Positions 32,407-43,244 of a stretch of 64,000 nt of DNA are shown in pieces. The translations under genes and the position numbers were made by a program. The stretch covers positions 1-64,000 of the forward strand of contig CAWFJP010000001.1 of the NCBI GenBank assembly GCA_963816145.1, read 5' to 3'. The notes beneath the pieces were generated by a model. That model was not told where the DNA came from, searched no databases, and saw nothing but the letters and a program-made list of their open reading frames with translations. Position 1 is the stretch's first letter, and each line of letters starts with the position of its first letter. This DNA comes from an uncultured delta proteobacterium. GTDB lineage: Bacteria; Desulfobacterota; Binatia; UBA9968.

Positions 32407-33353
32407 ACTTCACCCTGGTGGGTCTCTTCATCGCGCTGCTCGGCGCCGGATTGCTGGCGGGAGTTCTGTGGCTGAGCCAAACCGACTATCGCGGCGTTTA
32501 CGACCGCTACTACACCTATATGGATGAATCGGTCACCGGTTTGAGCAACGATTCGTCGGTCAAATACCGCGGTGTGGACGTCGGCCGGGTCAAAGAATCC
32601 ATTCTCAATCCGGATAATCCCGAGCAAGTTCGTATCGCGCTCGATATCGTGCGCGGCACACCGATCAAGGAAGACACAGTCGCCGTGCTGGAAACTCAAG
32701 GGTTAACCGGAATAACCACGGTGAATTTAACCGGCGGCACGCGTGCTGCGCCGCTATTAAAAGCCAAGCCCGGTGAAAATTTTCCGGTAATAAAGAGCCA
32801 ACCTTCTTTCTATGCGCAATTGAGCCGCAGCCTCGCGCGCCTCACGGCCAACGAACAGTTGCCGCAGTTGCTGGTCAGTCTTAATAACTTGACTCAGGAA
32901 GCGCGCAGCTTGCTCGATGCCCAAAGCCGGGCGGATTTGAAGCGCACTTTTGCCGACCTCGCGCAGATCACCAAAGTGATCGCCGGCCGCCGGACGGAGC
33001 TGGCGGACAGCATCGTCAAAGCCGATGCCGCGCTGGATCGCTTCGCCGCCGTCGGCAAGAGACTCGATGAACGGCTGCCGGAAGTGCTGGATCAAACCAC
33101 AGCCACCGTGCGCGCGCTGCGTGAAATGACCAATGAAATCACCCGCGCCGGCGCGTCGTTTGGTTCCACCGTCGACGGCAGCCGTGCCGATATCGCGCAG
33201 TTCACCGGCCAGACCTTGCCTGAGACGGGTGTCTTGATTACGGAAGTGCGCCAGCTCACGGCAACCTTACAGCGGCTGGCCAGCGAACTGGAGCGCGAGC
33301 CCAGCGCTTTGGTCTTTGGCCGCGCTCGTCCGGCGCGCGGTCCCGGGGAGTAA
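32391..33353 (+). CDS. mlaD: MlaD/MCE family protein
   Basis: SVTGL...SSVKYRGVDVGRV, QGLTG; long helical tail. Confidence 0.9.
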   Translation: MEPKVNFTLVGLFIALLGAGLLAGVLWLSQTDYRGVYDRYYTYMDESVTGLSNDSSVKYRGVDVGRVKESILNPDNPEQVRIALDIVRGTPIKEDTVAVLETQGLTGITTVNLTGGTRAAPLLKAKPGENFPVIKSQPSFYAQLSRSLARLTANEQLPQLLVSLNNLTQEARSLLDAQSRADLKRTFADLAQITKVIAGRRTELADSIVKADAALDRFAAVGKRLDERLPEVLDQTTATVRALREMTNEITRAGASFGSTVDGSRADIAQFTGQTLPETGVLITEVRQLTATLQRLASELEREPSALVFGRARPARGPGE

Positions 33354-33357
33354 CAAC

Positions 33358-33990
33358 ATGATTCATCAACATAGAATCTTAGGGACCGTTAGCCTCACGC
33401 TGCTCTTGATGATCGCTGCTTGCAGCTTAGGACCGACGGAAACCACCGCGCCGCGCAGCTATTTTCTCAACCCGGAGATTTCCTGGAAAAACCCGCATGG
33501 TTCCGGTGCGCGAATAGGCGCCTCAGTTCTCTTGATCACCCAACCCAAAGCACAGGCCGGTTTTGACACCGCGCGCATGGCCTATCTGCTGCGGCCCTAC
33601 GAAGTCAACCATTATGCCTTCAACCAGTGGGCCGACACGCCGGCGCGTCTGTTACACCAGGTTTTGGTCGAGAATCTCGATAAGACCGGCTCATGGCGCG
33701 CCGTACTTCAAACGCCTGGCATAGTGACGGCGGAGTATCGCCTGGATTGCGACAATCTGATCTTGGAGCAGCAGTTTTTCGCCAACCCGAGCCGCATCCG
33801 TCTCGCCCTGCGCGCCCAGCTCATCGAAACCAAGAAGCAGTCGATTCTCGCCAGCCGATATTTTGAGCTTTTCGAGTCCGCGCCGAGTGAAGACGCCTAC
33901 GGCGGCGTGCTCGCGGCGAATCAAGCCAGCGCGAAACTTCTCACTCAGATGGCCGAATGGTTGGACAACGCTTTACGCGAAACGAAGTGA
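33358..33990 (+). CDS. ABC transport auxiliary lipoprotein (PqiC-like)
   Basis: Lipobox IAAC; GFDTARMAY, QWADTPA. Confidence 0.85.
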   Translation: MIHQHRILGTVSLTLLLMIAACSLGPTETTAPRSYFLNPEISWKNPHGSGARIGASVLLITQPKAQAGFDTARMAYLLRPYEVNHYAFNQWADTPARLLHQVLVENLDKTGSWRAVLQTPGIVTAEYRLDCDNLILEQQFFANPSRIRLALRAQLIETKKQSILASRYFELFESAPSEDAYGGVLAANQASAKLLTQMAEWLDNALRETK

Positions 33991-34591
33991 CCGAGCAAGC
34001 TTTTCTGCAGCACTTCGGCCCGCGATTCGCTGGTAATTTTGCGAGCATTCCATAATACTAGCCCCTAGTTTTATCCCAGGAACTCAAGCGCAAAGTTCTG
34101 ATTCAGAAGTTCAAAAGCCGCTGACTATGAGCGCTTCCAGGGGAATTTTTTTCCTGACTCTCCAGTGATTCCGCCTCGAACACGAGTCCGCCGCCCTTGG
34201 GAGGTTCTGCCCTGGGCAGGCGAAAATAGCTGAAGCTGTCATGGAAAAGACGAAGTAACCGATATCCACGAGTGATACCCTGCGAGCTGCTACCGAGTCG
34301 TCTATTGACGAATGGGAAAATACCAAGGCGCGGATCGCGCTTTGCGAAGTTGAAGATCCGCCTATTCAGTCAGGTATCCGGAACCGACGCTTCCCGCGGC
34401 AGGCTGGAGTATGTCGAAGCTACGTCGACTGTTATTTCATTCATCCCTGCGCAAGCCAAAAATCCCGGTTATTTCACAATCAGACTGGAAACCAACCCGA
34501 ATACCGGCCGCAGTGGGACCCGGCATGGCGAACTTTTACTTCGTCTTATGCCGGGAGATTCCGACCATCCCCGCCTGAGCCATTAACTCAT

Positions 34592-34798
34592 TTAATGTAC
34601 GGTTTGCGGTTCCGTTGCATGACTTAGTTTTCTATGAGATTTCCGCTTCAGCACCGGTTCGTGATCGCGAATCTGATCCAACCTGGTTTGAAACCAAGTT
34701 CCCTTTGGCCAATCCCAATTTTGCTGCGGTAGATCGACTTCTTCGTAGCAGCCATCATTGACGGGACTTTGTAAAAAAACCGACTCCCAAGCGTTCAT
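34592..34798 (-). CDS. Unrecognised 68-aa Trp-rich small protein, paralogue A
   Basis: AAGGAGG RBS; 45/60 identical residues with 50607-50810, many synonymous differences. Confidence 0.9.
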   Translation of the reverse strand: MNAWESVFLQSPVNDGCYEEVDLPQQNWDWPKGTWFQTRLDQIRDHEPVLKRKSHRKLSHATEPQTVH

Positions 34799-34847
34799 GA
34801 AATGATCCTCCTTAGAATTACCAACTGGCGTTGCTGACAATTCATCC

Positions 34848-34862
34848 GCAAAGGTAATGCCA
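34848..34862 (-). promoter_or_regulatory. Sigma-54 promoter TGGCATTACCTTTGC
   Basis: Conserved upstream of both paralogues; activator-like sites at 34935 and 34966. Confidence 0.8.
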
Positions 34863-35262
34863 AGGAGTTGCTAAGATCGAGCCGCAAGCAGTGAGCGCTT
34901 TTACTTGAATTGTGAAACTGTAGCTACTTTGAGTTTTCAGAGTTGCGATAATCCGCCGCTCCGCTCGCCACTTTTGAGAATAGGCAAGTTTTTTTGAACT
35001 TATTGCTTGGTCTGGATTTGCGGCGAAGCGAGCAAAGAAGCCATTGGCGGAGAGAGGGGGACACTACGGACGGCAACATTAGGAAGGCGATTAATCGCCT
35101 AGCGCCGCTTGGGATAACGGTAGAAGCGCCGGTTAGCGTGCCGTTGTCATATCAGAGATGGTCAACCACAAAACGGTAATTACAGTGAAATGACGGGGGC
35201 GGGGAATCCCACCAAACAGACCCGGGAATCTAATTACGGATACGAGAGTCGCCTCGCACGAC

Positions 35263-36543
35263 TTAGAGAACTCCCGGCGCTCTCTCCGCTAACCGTTCTC
35301 GATCACGCAACCAGCCGATGCTCTCATCACGTGCGCGCTTGAAACGTTCAAGGAGCTTACCGGTCAGGGGTTCGACGCGGGGAATCTTCAGGTTCAAAAA
35401 ATTGACCTTTTGACCGCCCTGAAGAAATTCAAAGTGCAGGTGGGGTCCTGTGGCATGGCCCGTCTGCCCGACAAAGCCAATGACATCACCGGCGCTGACT
35501 TCCGCGCCTCTACGAATCCCGGGCGCAATAGCTGAGAAATGGCCATATCGGGAAGCGTAACCGCCAGGATGAGAAATTTCGACGAAGTTGCCATACCCGA
35601 GGCGCCAGCCACTGAACGACACTATTCCGCGACCGATGGCAACCACCGGCGTGCCGCTCGGTGCCGCGTAGTCAATGGCCTGATGGGGTCTGATAACCCG
35701 AAAGATCGGATGCGATCTCGATAGGGTGTACGGCGACGATATCCGAATGTAACTTAGCGGCGCGCGGAGAAAGGATCGGCGTAACTGTTTTCCTTCGCTA
35801 TCATAGTAATTACCGCGCCCCGGCTCCGGCGAGAAATAAAATGCCCGATGAACCTGACCGTCCGCCGCCAATTCGGCGGCGCGTATTTTTCGCGGCACGC
35901 GCCGCCCGTTGGCATAATGGAGTTCGTCGACGACGACCGAGAATGCGTCGCCCGGTTGAAAGTCAGAGAAGAAATCGATGTCGTATTCGAAAATGGCTGC
36001 CAGTTCCAAGATCTGCTCGGGAGACAATCCGGCGGCAAGCCCGTTTTCATAAAGGCTGCTCGAAATAGTATTGCGAATCACTCGTGTTACAGGAGTCCAA
36101 GGGATTTCTTCTCGCTCGACCGCCCAACCTTGAGGCGTAGTCTTAGCGCGCACGATGTTGTCGTCAAACGGCACTTCCATTTCGCGTACCGTTCGATTCT
36201 CCGGATCAACGACCAAATCAATATGATTTCCCGGACGGAGTTTTCTCAGATTCAAGACAGGGCGAACCTTGGCGAGGAGATCGTGAGCGGACGGCGGCTG
36301 GACTCCGTGCCGCATTAAGACCGTCAACAGCGTATCGCCGCGCTTGAGCTTTATCGCCAGTCGTTCAAAAGCACCCGGCTTCAAAGGCTCTACGCTCAAC
36401 GAGACCTGGGGTCGTGGAGGGTTTTCCGACAAAGGAACGCACCAAAGCAGCACGGCGAGACCCACGGCGAAATGGATCGCGCTGGCGATCGACGAACGAA
36501 CTGTGGAAAAAAAAGAACGCACGAAATATCGGAGATGTCGCAT
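35263..36543 (-). CDS. M23 family peptidoglycan endopeptidase (MepM/OapA-like)
   Basis: HQAIDYAAP, GYGN, YGHF, TGHATGPHLHFE. Confidence 0.93.
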   Translation of the reverse strand: MRHLRYFVRSFFSTVRSSIASAIHFAVGLAVLLWCVPLSENPPRPQVSLSVEPLKPGAFERLAIKLKRGDTLLTVLMRHGVQPPSAHDLLAKVRPVLNLRKLRPGNHIDLVVDPENRTVREMEVPFDDNIVRAKTTPQGWAVEREEIPWTPVTRVIRNTISSSLYENGLAAGLSPEQILELAAIFEYDIDFFSDFQPGDAFSVVVDELHYANGRRVPRKIRAAELAADGQVHRAFYFSPEPGRGNYYDSEGKQLRRSFLRAPLSYIRISSPYTLSRSHPIFRVIRPHQAIDYAAPSGTPVVAIGRGIVSFSGWRLGYGNFVEISHPGGYASRYGHFSAIAPGIRRGAEVSAGDVIGFVGQTGHATGPHLHFEFLQGGQKVNFLNLKIPRVEPLTGKLLERFKRARDESIGWLRDRERLAERAPGVL

Positions 36544-36735
36544 CGCTTGAATGACAACCTTATTCCGTTGCTTCTACAGCTTTGAATTCTTCAGTCAAGA
36601 CGATCGAGAATAATTTTTCGCCGCGATTGTATCCCCTCTGCGCGCTACGTAGCTCATCGATGCGGATTTAGTATTCACAGATAATACTGAAGTAGCGAAG
36701 CACCAAGTCGAGGATCAAAAACCGGGGTAATATCG

Positions 36736-39700
36736 TCAGTAACGTTTGTGCCAGATGAGATCAATGCCGCTGGTCCCTTCGCTGGTCGTCGAGCTTTCGA
36801 CTTTCCATTCAGGCGACATCTGATATTCGACCGTGGCTTTCTGACCTCTTTCGCCGGCGAGCTCTTGACTCAATGACACATAGGTTCGGCGGCCGATATA
36901 GCGGCCGTAGCCGATGCGACCGCCGCTGAAATCAAAATCGCCGAGATCGAATCCCAACGTATCGAGCCCGATCGCCTCGGCCACCGCCGAACCGATTTTC
37001 GCCGCGGCAAACCCGCTGGTAACATCAAGCGCATTCTGTTTGAGCGATAGCTGCTCGCCGCGACCCAGATCCTTCGTCGTTTTTCCGAACACCAACAGCG
37101 CCAAAATATCCGATTGGTCGAGGACCGGATCGCTGCGCAAGACCAGCGATGGCTTCTGTGCCGTGCCGCCGACCACGGCATCGACGGTGTACTGCGGCAA
37201 ACGATATTGCGCCACGATGTCCAGCGCCGGATCAACCTTGGCGCCTCCGATAAATCGAATATCACCGCGGACGAAGTCGAAGCGCCGGCCCTGAAAGGCC
37301 GCCCAACCTCGGATGATTTCGGTCAAGCCGACCAGTTGCAGCTCTTGGCCGGAGATTTTGGTCGCGCGCACTTGACCTCTGAGTTCGGCCACGGCATCGG
37401 GATGCCTGACCCAAACATTGCGCGCCATGCGCACTTCAAGATCCAGCGCGAGCTTTTTGAAAAGCTCGTCATCGCCCTGGCCGTTATTCGCGCTGTTCGG
37501 GGTCGTTTCCGCGCGCCGGCTGCCGTCCCGGTTAACCACCACTATGGTTTCATCGCGCTTGACCGGCGTCGAGCTCTGCTTCAGAGAAGCCAGGTCGGGG
37601 CGCAAGTTGGCTTCAATGATGTCGACTCTGCCGACCAACTTGGGCGCGCTGAGCGGCCCGGTCAATTCCACGTTGCCGCCGATTTGCGCCTGGTAGCGGC
37701 GCGTCTGGATTGCCGGCCAGCGCCGCGCCTCCAGGGCGAATTTGAGATTTTCAATTTGATACCGTTTCAACGACAACACGCCGCTGCCGGTGAGCCGCCC
37801 CTCGTCGGCGCGCGCCGAAAAATTTGCCATCGTCAACCGCTGCTGATCGAAGCTCACCTCGGTGCCGATCTCAGTCACCTCGACGTTGAGCGCGGTCAAT
37901 TTCAACTTGCCGCCGGTCAGGCGCAGCGAGCCGCTCAATCTGGGTTCCAAAAGCGCGCCGCGCGCCGTCACATCGAGGCTCACTTCGCCGCCGATATCAC
38001 GGACCTCTTTCGCCGCGTAGGCGTTCAAGAACGCCGCGCTCAAACCCGCCGACTTGATGCGCATATCGAGAGCGCCGGTCACCTCCGAGCGCCAACCGTC
38101 TTGCCAACTCAACAGCAGCGGCAGCTTGCCGGTCGCGTTGAGCGAATGATTGCTGTCCTGCTGCAACGTTAAACTGACATCGGCTTGGCGCTCGCGATAA
38201 CTTATCTCGGCGACCAGCCCCTGGTACTTTTGGTCGCCGAGGGTCGAGTCGGTCAGTTTCAGGTCGGCGCTGATCAATGGTGCAGCGGCACTGCCGCCGA
38301 CCTTGGCTTGCAGGGACATGAGACCGGCCATTTTCGTTTGCTTCGGCAATAACGCGGCGAGGGATTCGAGCGGCACGCGGTCAGCGGTCAAATTCAACGC
38401 CTGCGTGCCGCGCAGCGACACTTGACCGTCAAGCGTGGCTTGGCGCTCCTGATTGCGCAGAGTGAATCGCTCCACCCAAAACGTTTCGCCACGCTGGGTC
38501 AGCGTCGCGGGCTGGGCGAGATTCCAGTTGCCATCCGGCAAATTGAGCGAGAGCTGGTTGATGCGCGCGACTTTATCGGGCGCGCCAAAGTCGAGGCTGC
38601 CTTTGAACCGGTGCTCGCGGCTGAAAGAATCTTGCGCCCGCGCTTCGATCTGCATCTCTCCATGGGAAATTAATTTGATCGTGGCATCGAGTTTTTGCAG
38701 CTCAGCACCGGCCCGGAGGTCCGCCAGTCGGGCGACGATGTTGCCGGTGGGAATGGCTTCGCCGCGTTTATGCGCCAGGTCGAAATCAATGGCGCCGCTG
38801 CCGGCGCTGAAGCCGTCCAATTGCAAGCGCGACGCTTTCACTAAACCGCGTGCCGTCAGTTCGGCGAGATTTCCCTGGGCCGAGCCGGTCAAAGTCAGTG
38901 CTCCCGCGCCCTTGCGCCCCGCGAGCGCCAGCCATGGCGTCAAGTTTTCGCTGCGCAGGTCGTAGTCAAGCTTGCCCTGATGGTCGAGCGCCGTGCCGAG
39001 ATCCCCCTTGACGGTGATCGTCGAATCGGCGCTGCGCAGCGAAGCGCGGGCGATGCGAATCCGGCCATCGCCGTAAGCGGCGTCGAGCTCGCCGGCACGC
39101 ACTTGCACCGGACCGACCGTCGACGGCAAGACTTCCAAGTGCGCTTGTACCTTCATCTTGTCCAGCGCTAGACCCGAGCCTTGGACCTTGCCTTTGAAAC
39201 TGACCGCGCCGCGCGGCGCCTGCGCATCCGCGCTAACCTTATTGATATCGAGATTGTTCACCGCCAAATCGAACTCATAGCTCGGCGCCTGGGTTAACCT
39301 GACCCGGCCGCGCCAATCGGCACTGCCCAGATTCCCGCTGAGCGCTCCGTCAAGACTGGCCACGCCATCGCGCAGCAGCGCGTTCAGCCGCAGATCGCCC
39401 AGCGCCCGATCCTTCACTTGCAGCGCGCGCACCGCGAACACGCCGCTGGCATTGATCTGCGCCACGTCGAAACCCGCGCCCTCAACCTTGGCGTCGCCGT
39501 CGAGTACGCCGGCCCATTGCTTGGCGCCAAGCAGCGCGCGCGCATCGAATCCGGCAAGTTTAATGGTTCCTCGGAAACTTGGCGTTGGTGTCAAAACATT
39601 GACCGTCAATTTGCTGTCGAGCTTCGTTCCCGACGCTGCCAACTCCGCGGTCAGCGCGAGGGCGTCAAAAAGCCCTTTGGCCTCGATCTGACCGGTCACG

Positions 39701-40521
39701 GCTTTTTGCACCGGCCAGTCGGGCAAGAGCCGCGCGACATCGGCGGGCGCGAGAGAGTCGAGCGCCAAACGCGCATCGATCCGACTCTTGTCGAAACCCA
39801 CGAGTTGTCCGGAAAGTTTCAGTCTTGACGCTGCGGTCGCGATGCGCAGATCGTCAACCTTTATAGTCGGAAGCGAGCCGGCGTCTTGATACGCGAGGCT
39901 GCCTCTCAGCCCGAGCTCGGGCAGTTTGCCGGATTCGAGCCGCGCGCTGACCGCGCCGGCTTCGAACTCGATGCCCGTGGGCAAGATCGCCAGACGGCTC
40001 GCCACCGATAGGTTCTTCAGATGATAACGTTGCGGTGCGTCGCCCTCGAGGCGAATCTCCAGATCGCCGCCGCGCAGCGCCAAGGACTTGAGCAGAACCG
40101 TCCACTGCGCTTGCGACTCCGTGTCCGACGCAAGCGCCTCGGCGATATTCCAATCGCCATGCCGGTCGCGGACCACGCGAACCGCCGGCTCGGACGCGTC
40201 GGCTCGGGTGACTTGCAGCCGGCCGCGAAACAGCGGCAGTAAGGCGTAAGAAAGCTCCAATTGCGGGATATGTACGATCTCCGCATTTTGATAACGCAGC
40301 CGAACTTGGTGCAGCGTCACATTACCCCAAATCGAACCCTCGATGCGCTCCAGCGTAATCGACCCACGGATCGACGAATTGATGGCGGCGACCACCTGCT
40401 CGCGCACCATCTGGCGAAACGCTTCGGTGTTGCTGTAAATCCCGAGGCCGATAGCGAGCAGCAGGAGCAATAGTCCCAGCGCCAGAACGATGCGTCGCAA
40501 ATATGTGAACGTTCGAGCCAT
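36736..40521 (-). CDS. TamB-like translocation/assembly module protein
   Basis: 1261 aa, N-terminal anchor, beta-rich repeats, DUF490-like C-terminus (P.LDQSDILALL.FG, G.DLIW..RY). Confidence 0.88.
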   Translation of the reverse strand: MARTFTYLRRIVLALGLLLLLLAIGLGIYSNTEAFRQMVREQVVAAINSSIRGSITLERIEGSIWGNVTLHQVRLRYQNAEIVHIPQLELSYALLPLFRGRLQVTRADASEPAVRVVRDRHGDWNIAEALASDTESQAQWTVLLKSLALRGGDLEIRLEGDAPQRYHLKNLSVASRLAILPTGIEFEAGAVSARLESGKLPELGLRGSLAYQDAGSLPTIKVDDLRIATAASRLKLSGQLVGFDKSRIDARLALDSLAPADVARLLPDWPVQKAVTGQIEAKGLFDALALTAELAASGTKLDSKLTVNVLTPTPSFRGTIKLAGFDARALLGAKQWAGVLDGDAKVEGAGFDVAQINASGVFAVRALQVKDRALGDLRLNALLRDGVASLDGALSGNLGSADWRGRVRLTQAPSYEFDLAVNNLDINKVSADAQAPRGAVSFKGKVQGSGLALDKMKVQAHLEVLPSTVGPVQVRAGELDAAYGDGRIRIARASLRSADSTITVKGDLGTALDHQGKLDYDLRSENLTPWLALAGRKGAGALTLTGSAQGNLAELTARGLVKASRLQLDGFSAGSGAIDFDLAHKRGEAIPTGNIVARLADLRAGAELQKLDATIKLISHGEMQIEARAQDSFSREHRFKGSLDFGAPDKVARINQLSLNLPDGNWNLAQPATLTQRGETFWVERFTLRNQERQATLDGQVSLRGTQALNLTADRVPLESLAALLPKQTKMAGLMSLQAKVGGSAAAPLISADLKLTDSTLGDQKYQGLVAEISYRERQADVSLTLQQDSNHSLNATGKLPLLLSWQDGWRSEVTGALDMRIKSAGLSAAFLNAYAAKEVRDIGGEVSLDVTARGALLEPRLSGSLRLTGGKLKLTALNVEVTEIGTEVSFDQQRLTMANFSARADEGRLTGSGVLSLKRYQIENLKFALEARRWPAIQTRRYQAQIGGNVELTGPLSAPKLVGRVDIIEANLRPDLASLKQSSTPVKRDETIVVVNRDGSRRAETTPNSANNGQGDDELFKKLALDLEVRMARNVWVRHPDAVAELRGQVRATKISGQELQLVGLTEIIRGWAAFQGRRFDFVRGDIRFIGGAKVDPALDIVAQYRLPQYTVDAVVGGTAQKPSLVLRSDPVLDQSDILALLVFGKTTKDLGRGEQLSLKQNALDVTSGFAAAKIGSAVAEAIGLDTLGFDLGDFDFSGGRIGYGRYIGRRTYVSLSQELAGERGQKATVEYQMSPEWKVESSTTSEGTSGIDLIWHKRY

Positions 40522-40524
40522 GAT

Positions 40525-42351
40525 CTAAAAGAACGCGCCGATGCTAAAATGAATCTGCCAGGGTTTATCCTTCGGCGGCTTTTGAAATGGAAAGCCAACA
40601 TCCAAGCGCACCGGCCCCACCGGCGTCTTGTAACTTAACCCGAATCCCGCAGAGAAATTAAGATTGAAGATATGCGCATCGAAGGGCCGCAGCGCCAATT
40701 GGCCAAAGTCGACAAACAGAGCGCCGCCGATTTCTTTCCAGATTGGCCGCCGCAGCTCAATGGAGCCTTCGAGTAAACTCAAGCCACCCAGCGGATCATC
40801 GCTGGCGCTCAAAGGACCGAGCCGGCGCCGGCCGTAACCGCGCACGCTGTTTGCGCCGCCGGCGTAGAACCGCTCGAAGATGGGAAAACGATCTTGAGCG
40901 CCGAGCGCGTCGCCAAGACCCAGTTTCAAACGGGCCGCGAACACCGTGTCCCAGCCGATCTCGTAGTACCGCTTCGCTTCGCCGGTGATCTTGAAGAATC
41001 GATAGGCACCGCCCCAAATGACGCCCGCTTGCTCAAGCAGCAACGAAAGAATCGCACCTTTCTTGGGGTCGAACGGACTATCGGTCGTATTCCAGACGAC
41101 TCCCATCGCCGGCCCGAATACCCCGCCTTCTTTGCGCACATCGCCCAGCGCGCGTTCAGTAGCCGGAGCGATGTCGAAGAGATTGTCGTACTCGGCTCGA
41201 AAACCGAGAAAGCCGCTCAGGGTCGGCGAGAACCGGTGATCGACTCTGGGAGCAAAACGGCTGAAATTCCGGTCAAAAGTTTCTTCTTTCTGCTGTTCAT
41301 ACTTAAACGGCAGCACCGCCTTGGTCAGGGGTGTGAGAAAATGCGGTTGAATCAGCTCCGCCGTGGCGCTGGCGGCGATCGAGGAATACGCGCCCTGCAA
41401 CACGACTTGCCTGCCGCCACCGAACCAATTGAGATGGCGCCATTGCAGCTGTCCGCGAAATTCCTCTTCAGTGTTGTAGCCCACGCCGATCCTGATTTCC
41501 CGGTAGGGTTTCTCCATGACCTCGACAGCGATCGGCACCGCCGTTGGTTTGCCGCTCGTGGGCGCGGGGCCGATAGTCACGCTGCTAAAAAGATCGAGGC
41601 TCAGGATCTTGGCCCGTGTCGCGGCGATCTTCTCGGATGAAAAGCGTTCACCGCTACGGTAGGCCAGCTCCCGTTCGATCAGGCTGCGATCGACGCGGTC
41701 CAAGCCGCGAATCTCGGTGTCGCCAAACACCGTCGTCGGGCCGGGTGCGATCGTATAGCCGATCTTAACCTTTCGCTCCTCAATATCGACCTCGGCCTTG
41801 CGCGTCGTTTCGACATAGGCGAATCCACCGCGCAAGAACACGTCGCGCAACCGTTCCTCGGCCAGTTGATAATCGGACTCGCGAAACACGCCGCCGCTTT
41901 TCACCGGCAGTGTCTCCGGCAATGCCGGCCGCTCGCTCGGCGCCAAATCGCCGACCACCGCCACATCGACCGCAGAAATGATTACCGGCTGGGTTTCCTT
42001 GATGCGAATCTCCAGGGTTACACGATCGTTGTCTTCGTCAACGGCGATATCATGGTCGATCGCGATATCGTAATAACCGCGCGCTTCGTAATAGCGCCGC
42101 AGCCGCTCGAGGTCGCTTTCAAAAGTCACCGGATCGAACGTCGGTCGCTCGCCCCAAAACAGGTACCAAGGCCGCTCTTTGGTCAAAAGCTCGGCGCGCA
42201 AGTCATCCCCAGTGATTAGTTTATTGCCCAACAGGTTGATTTTCTCGACCCGCCATTCCCTGTTGTAGTCGAGCGCATCGAGCGTAATGGCGTACACAGG
42301 ACTCACCCATCCGACCCACGCGGCTAAAATACCTATGACAAGTCGTGCCAA
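40525..42351 (-). CDS. Omp85 family TamA/BamA-like outer membrane protein
   Basis: POTRA-like repeats, RFYAGGANSVRGY, YKTPVGPVRLD, terminal Phe. Confidence 0.92.
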   Translation of the reverse strand: MARLVIGILAAWVGWVSPVYAITLDALDYNREWRVEKINLLGNKLITGDDLRAELLTKERPWYLFWGERPTFDPVTFESDLERLRRYYEARGYYDIAIDHDIAVDEDNDRVTLEIRIKETQPVIISAVDVAVVGDLAPSERPALPETLPVKSGGVFRESDYQLAEERLRDVFLRGGFAYVETTRKAEVDIEERKVKIGYTIAPGPTTVFGDTEIRGLDRVDRSLIERELAYRSGERFSSEKIAATRAKILSLDLFSSVTIGPAPTSGKPTAVPIAVEVMEKPYREIRIGVGYNTEEEFRGQLQWRHLNWFGGGRQVVLQGAYSSIAASATAELIQPHFLTPLTKAVLPFKYEQQKEETFDRNFSRFAPRVDHRFSPTLSGFLGFRAEYDNLFDIAPATERALGDVRKEGGVFGPAMGVVWNTTDSPFDPKKGAILSLLLEQAGVIWGGAYRFFKITGEAKRYYEIGWDTVFAARLKLGLGDALGAQDRFPIFERFYAGGANSVRGYGRRRLGPLSASDDPLGGLSLLEGSIELRRPIWKEIGGALFVDFGQLALRPFDAHIFNLNFSAGFGLSYKTPVGPVRLDVGFPFQKPPKDKPWQIHFSIGAFF

Positions 42352-43136
42352 AAATCGTTTCGCTCCTTCAGACGTCGCCGCGGGCGTAAAACCTTCAACC
42401 CGACGATGCTAACGATCCTAGCAAGCGACTTTAGCAATTCCAACGACATATCGAATGACCTATTACGATGCGAGACGTCGATCGCGATCTGGTTCGCTTC
42501 TTGTAGAAACTCGGAGAAACTACTTCGTGCGAGCAAAGTTCTAACGACGGACGCGCTTATACGAATAGACTCCGAACGATTTTACGCCGTTCGATTTCAC
42601 AAATCTCGCTGCAGCCCTGGCTACAGCGCGGGAAAAACCCCATACGGTGAAAAAACCGACCAGGAGACCGCCCGCCCGCCGCATGAACAACCACGTCGGT
42701 ACCTGCCGCGTGTTTTAGACAACCTCGCCAGAGCCGTTGGCCAGACACGGATTAGATTTTGTCTAAAATAAATGGCGATCGTTACGGAGCTTGGTTCGAT
42801 GTTACGCAAAATCAGCCAGTGTCTTGGTTAACTTTTGATGTGAGATTCCAACCCACTCTGCAATACCTTCCTGGATGTTTTAGACGCAACAATCATGCCT
42901 CAGCCTCCTACCAAGCCTATTCTCAACTTCAACAGTTCGAAAGCTGCGTGTTCACAGCAGGGAGCATTGCCAAGCGAAATAAGTGTCTGCTCATTGCCCG
43001 TCGCGGTTCACACCGATGTTGCACACCTGCAAGGAACATTCTCACAGATGCAAAAGGGTTTGGCACGGCAACCCGGACTGATGATATTTTCTTAGAGATT
43101 TCTGCGTTGAAACGTGAAAAGCCTATTGCATTCAAT

Positions 43137-43151
43137 TGGCACAAAGCTTGT
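43137..43151 (+). promoter_or_regulatory. Probable sigma-54 promoter TGGCACAAAGCTTGT (non-canonical -12)
   Basis: Activator-like sites TTGCA-N4-TGCAA (43019) and TCTCA-N4-TGCAA (43040) upstream. Confidence 0.55.
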
Positions 43152-43244
43152 ACTTTAGTGACTTGAGATAAGATGGGCGTGGCGGAGAGGCATCGAGATC
43201 GCAAAGATCCAACGGCGAATTAACCGGTCTGGAGATTTCAGTGA

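Noticed and set aside
34592-34798. Microproteins as RiPP precursors
   Set aside because: No radical SAM, YcaO, lanthipeptide synthetase or dedicated exporter adjacent to either copy
42352-43130. Short ORFs between the tamA-like gene and mlaC
   Set aside because: No motifs or clear RBS; region better explained as regulatory
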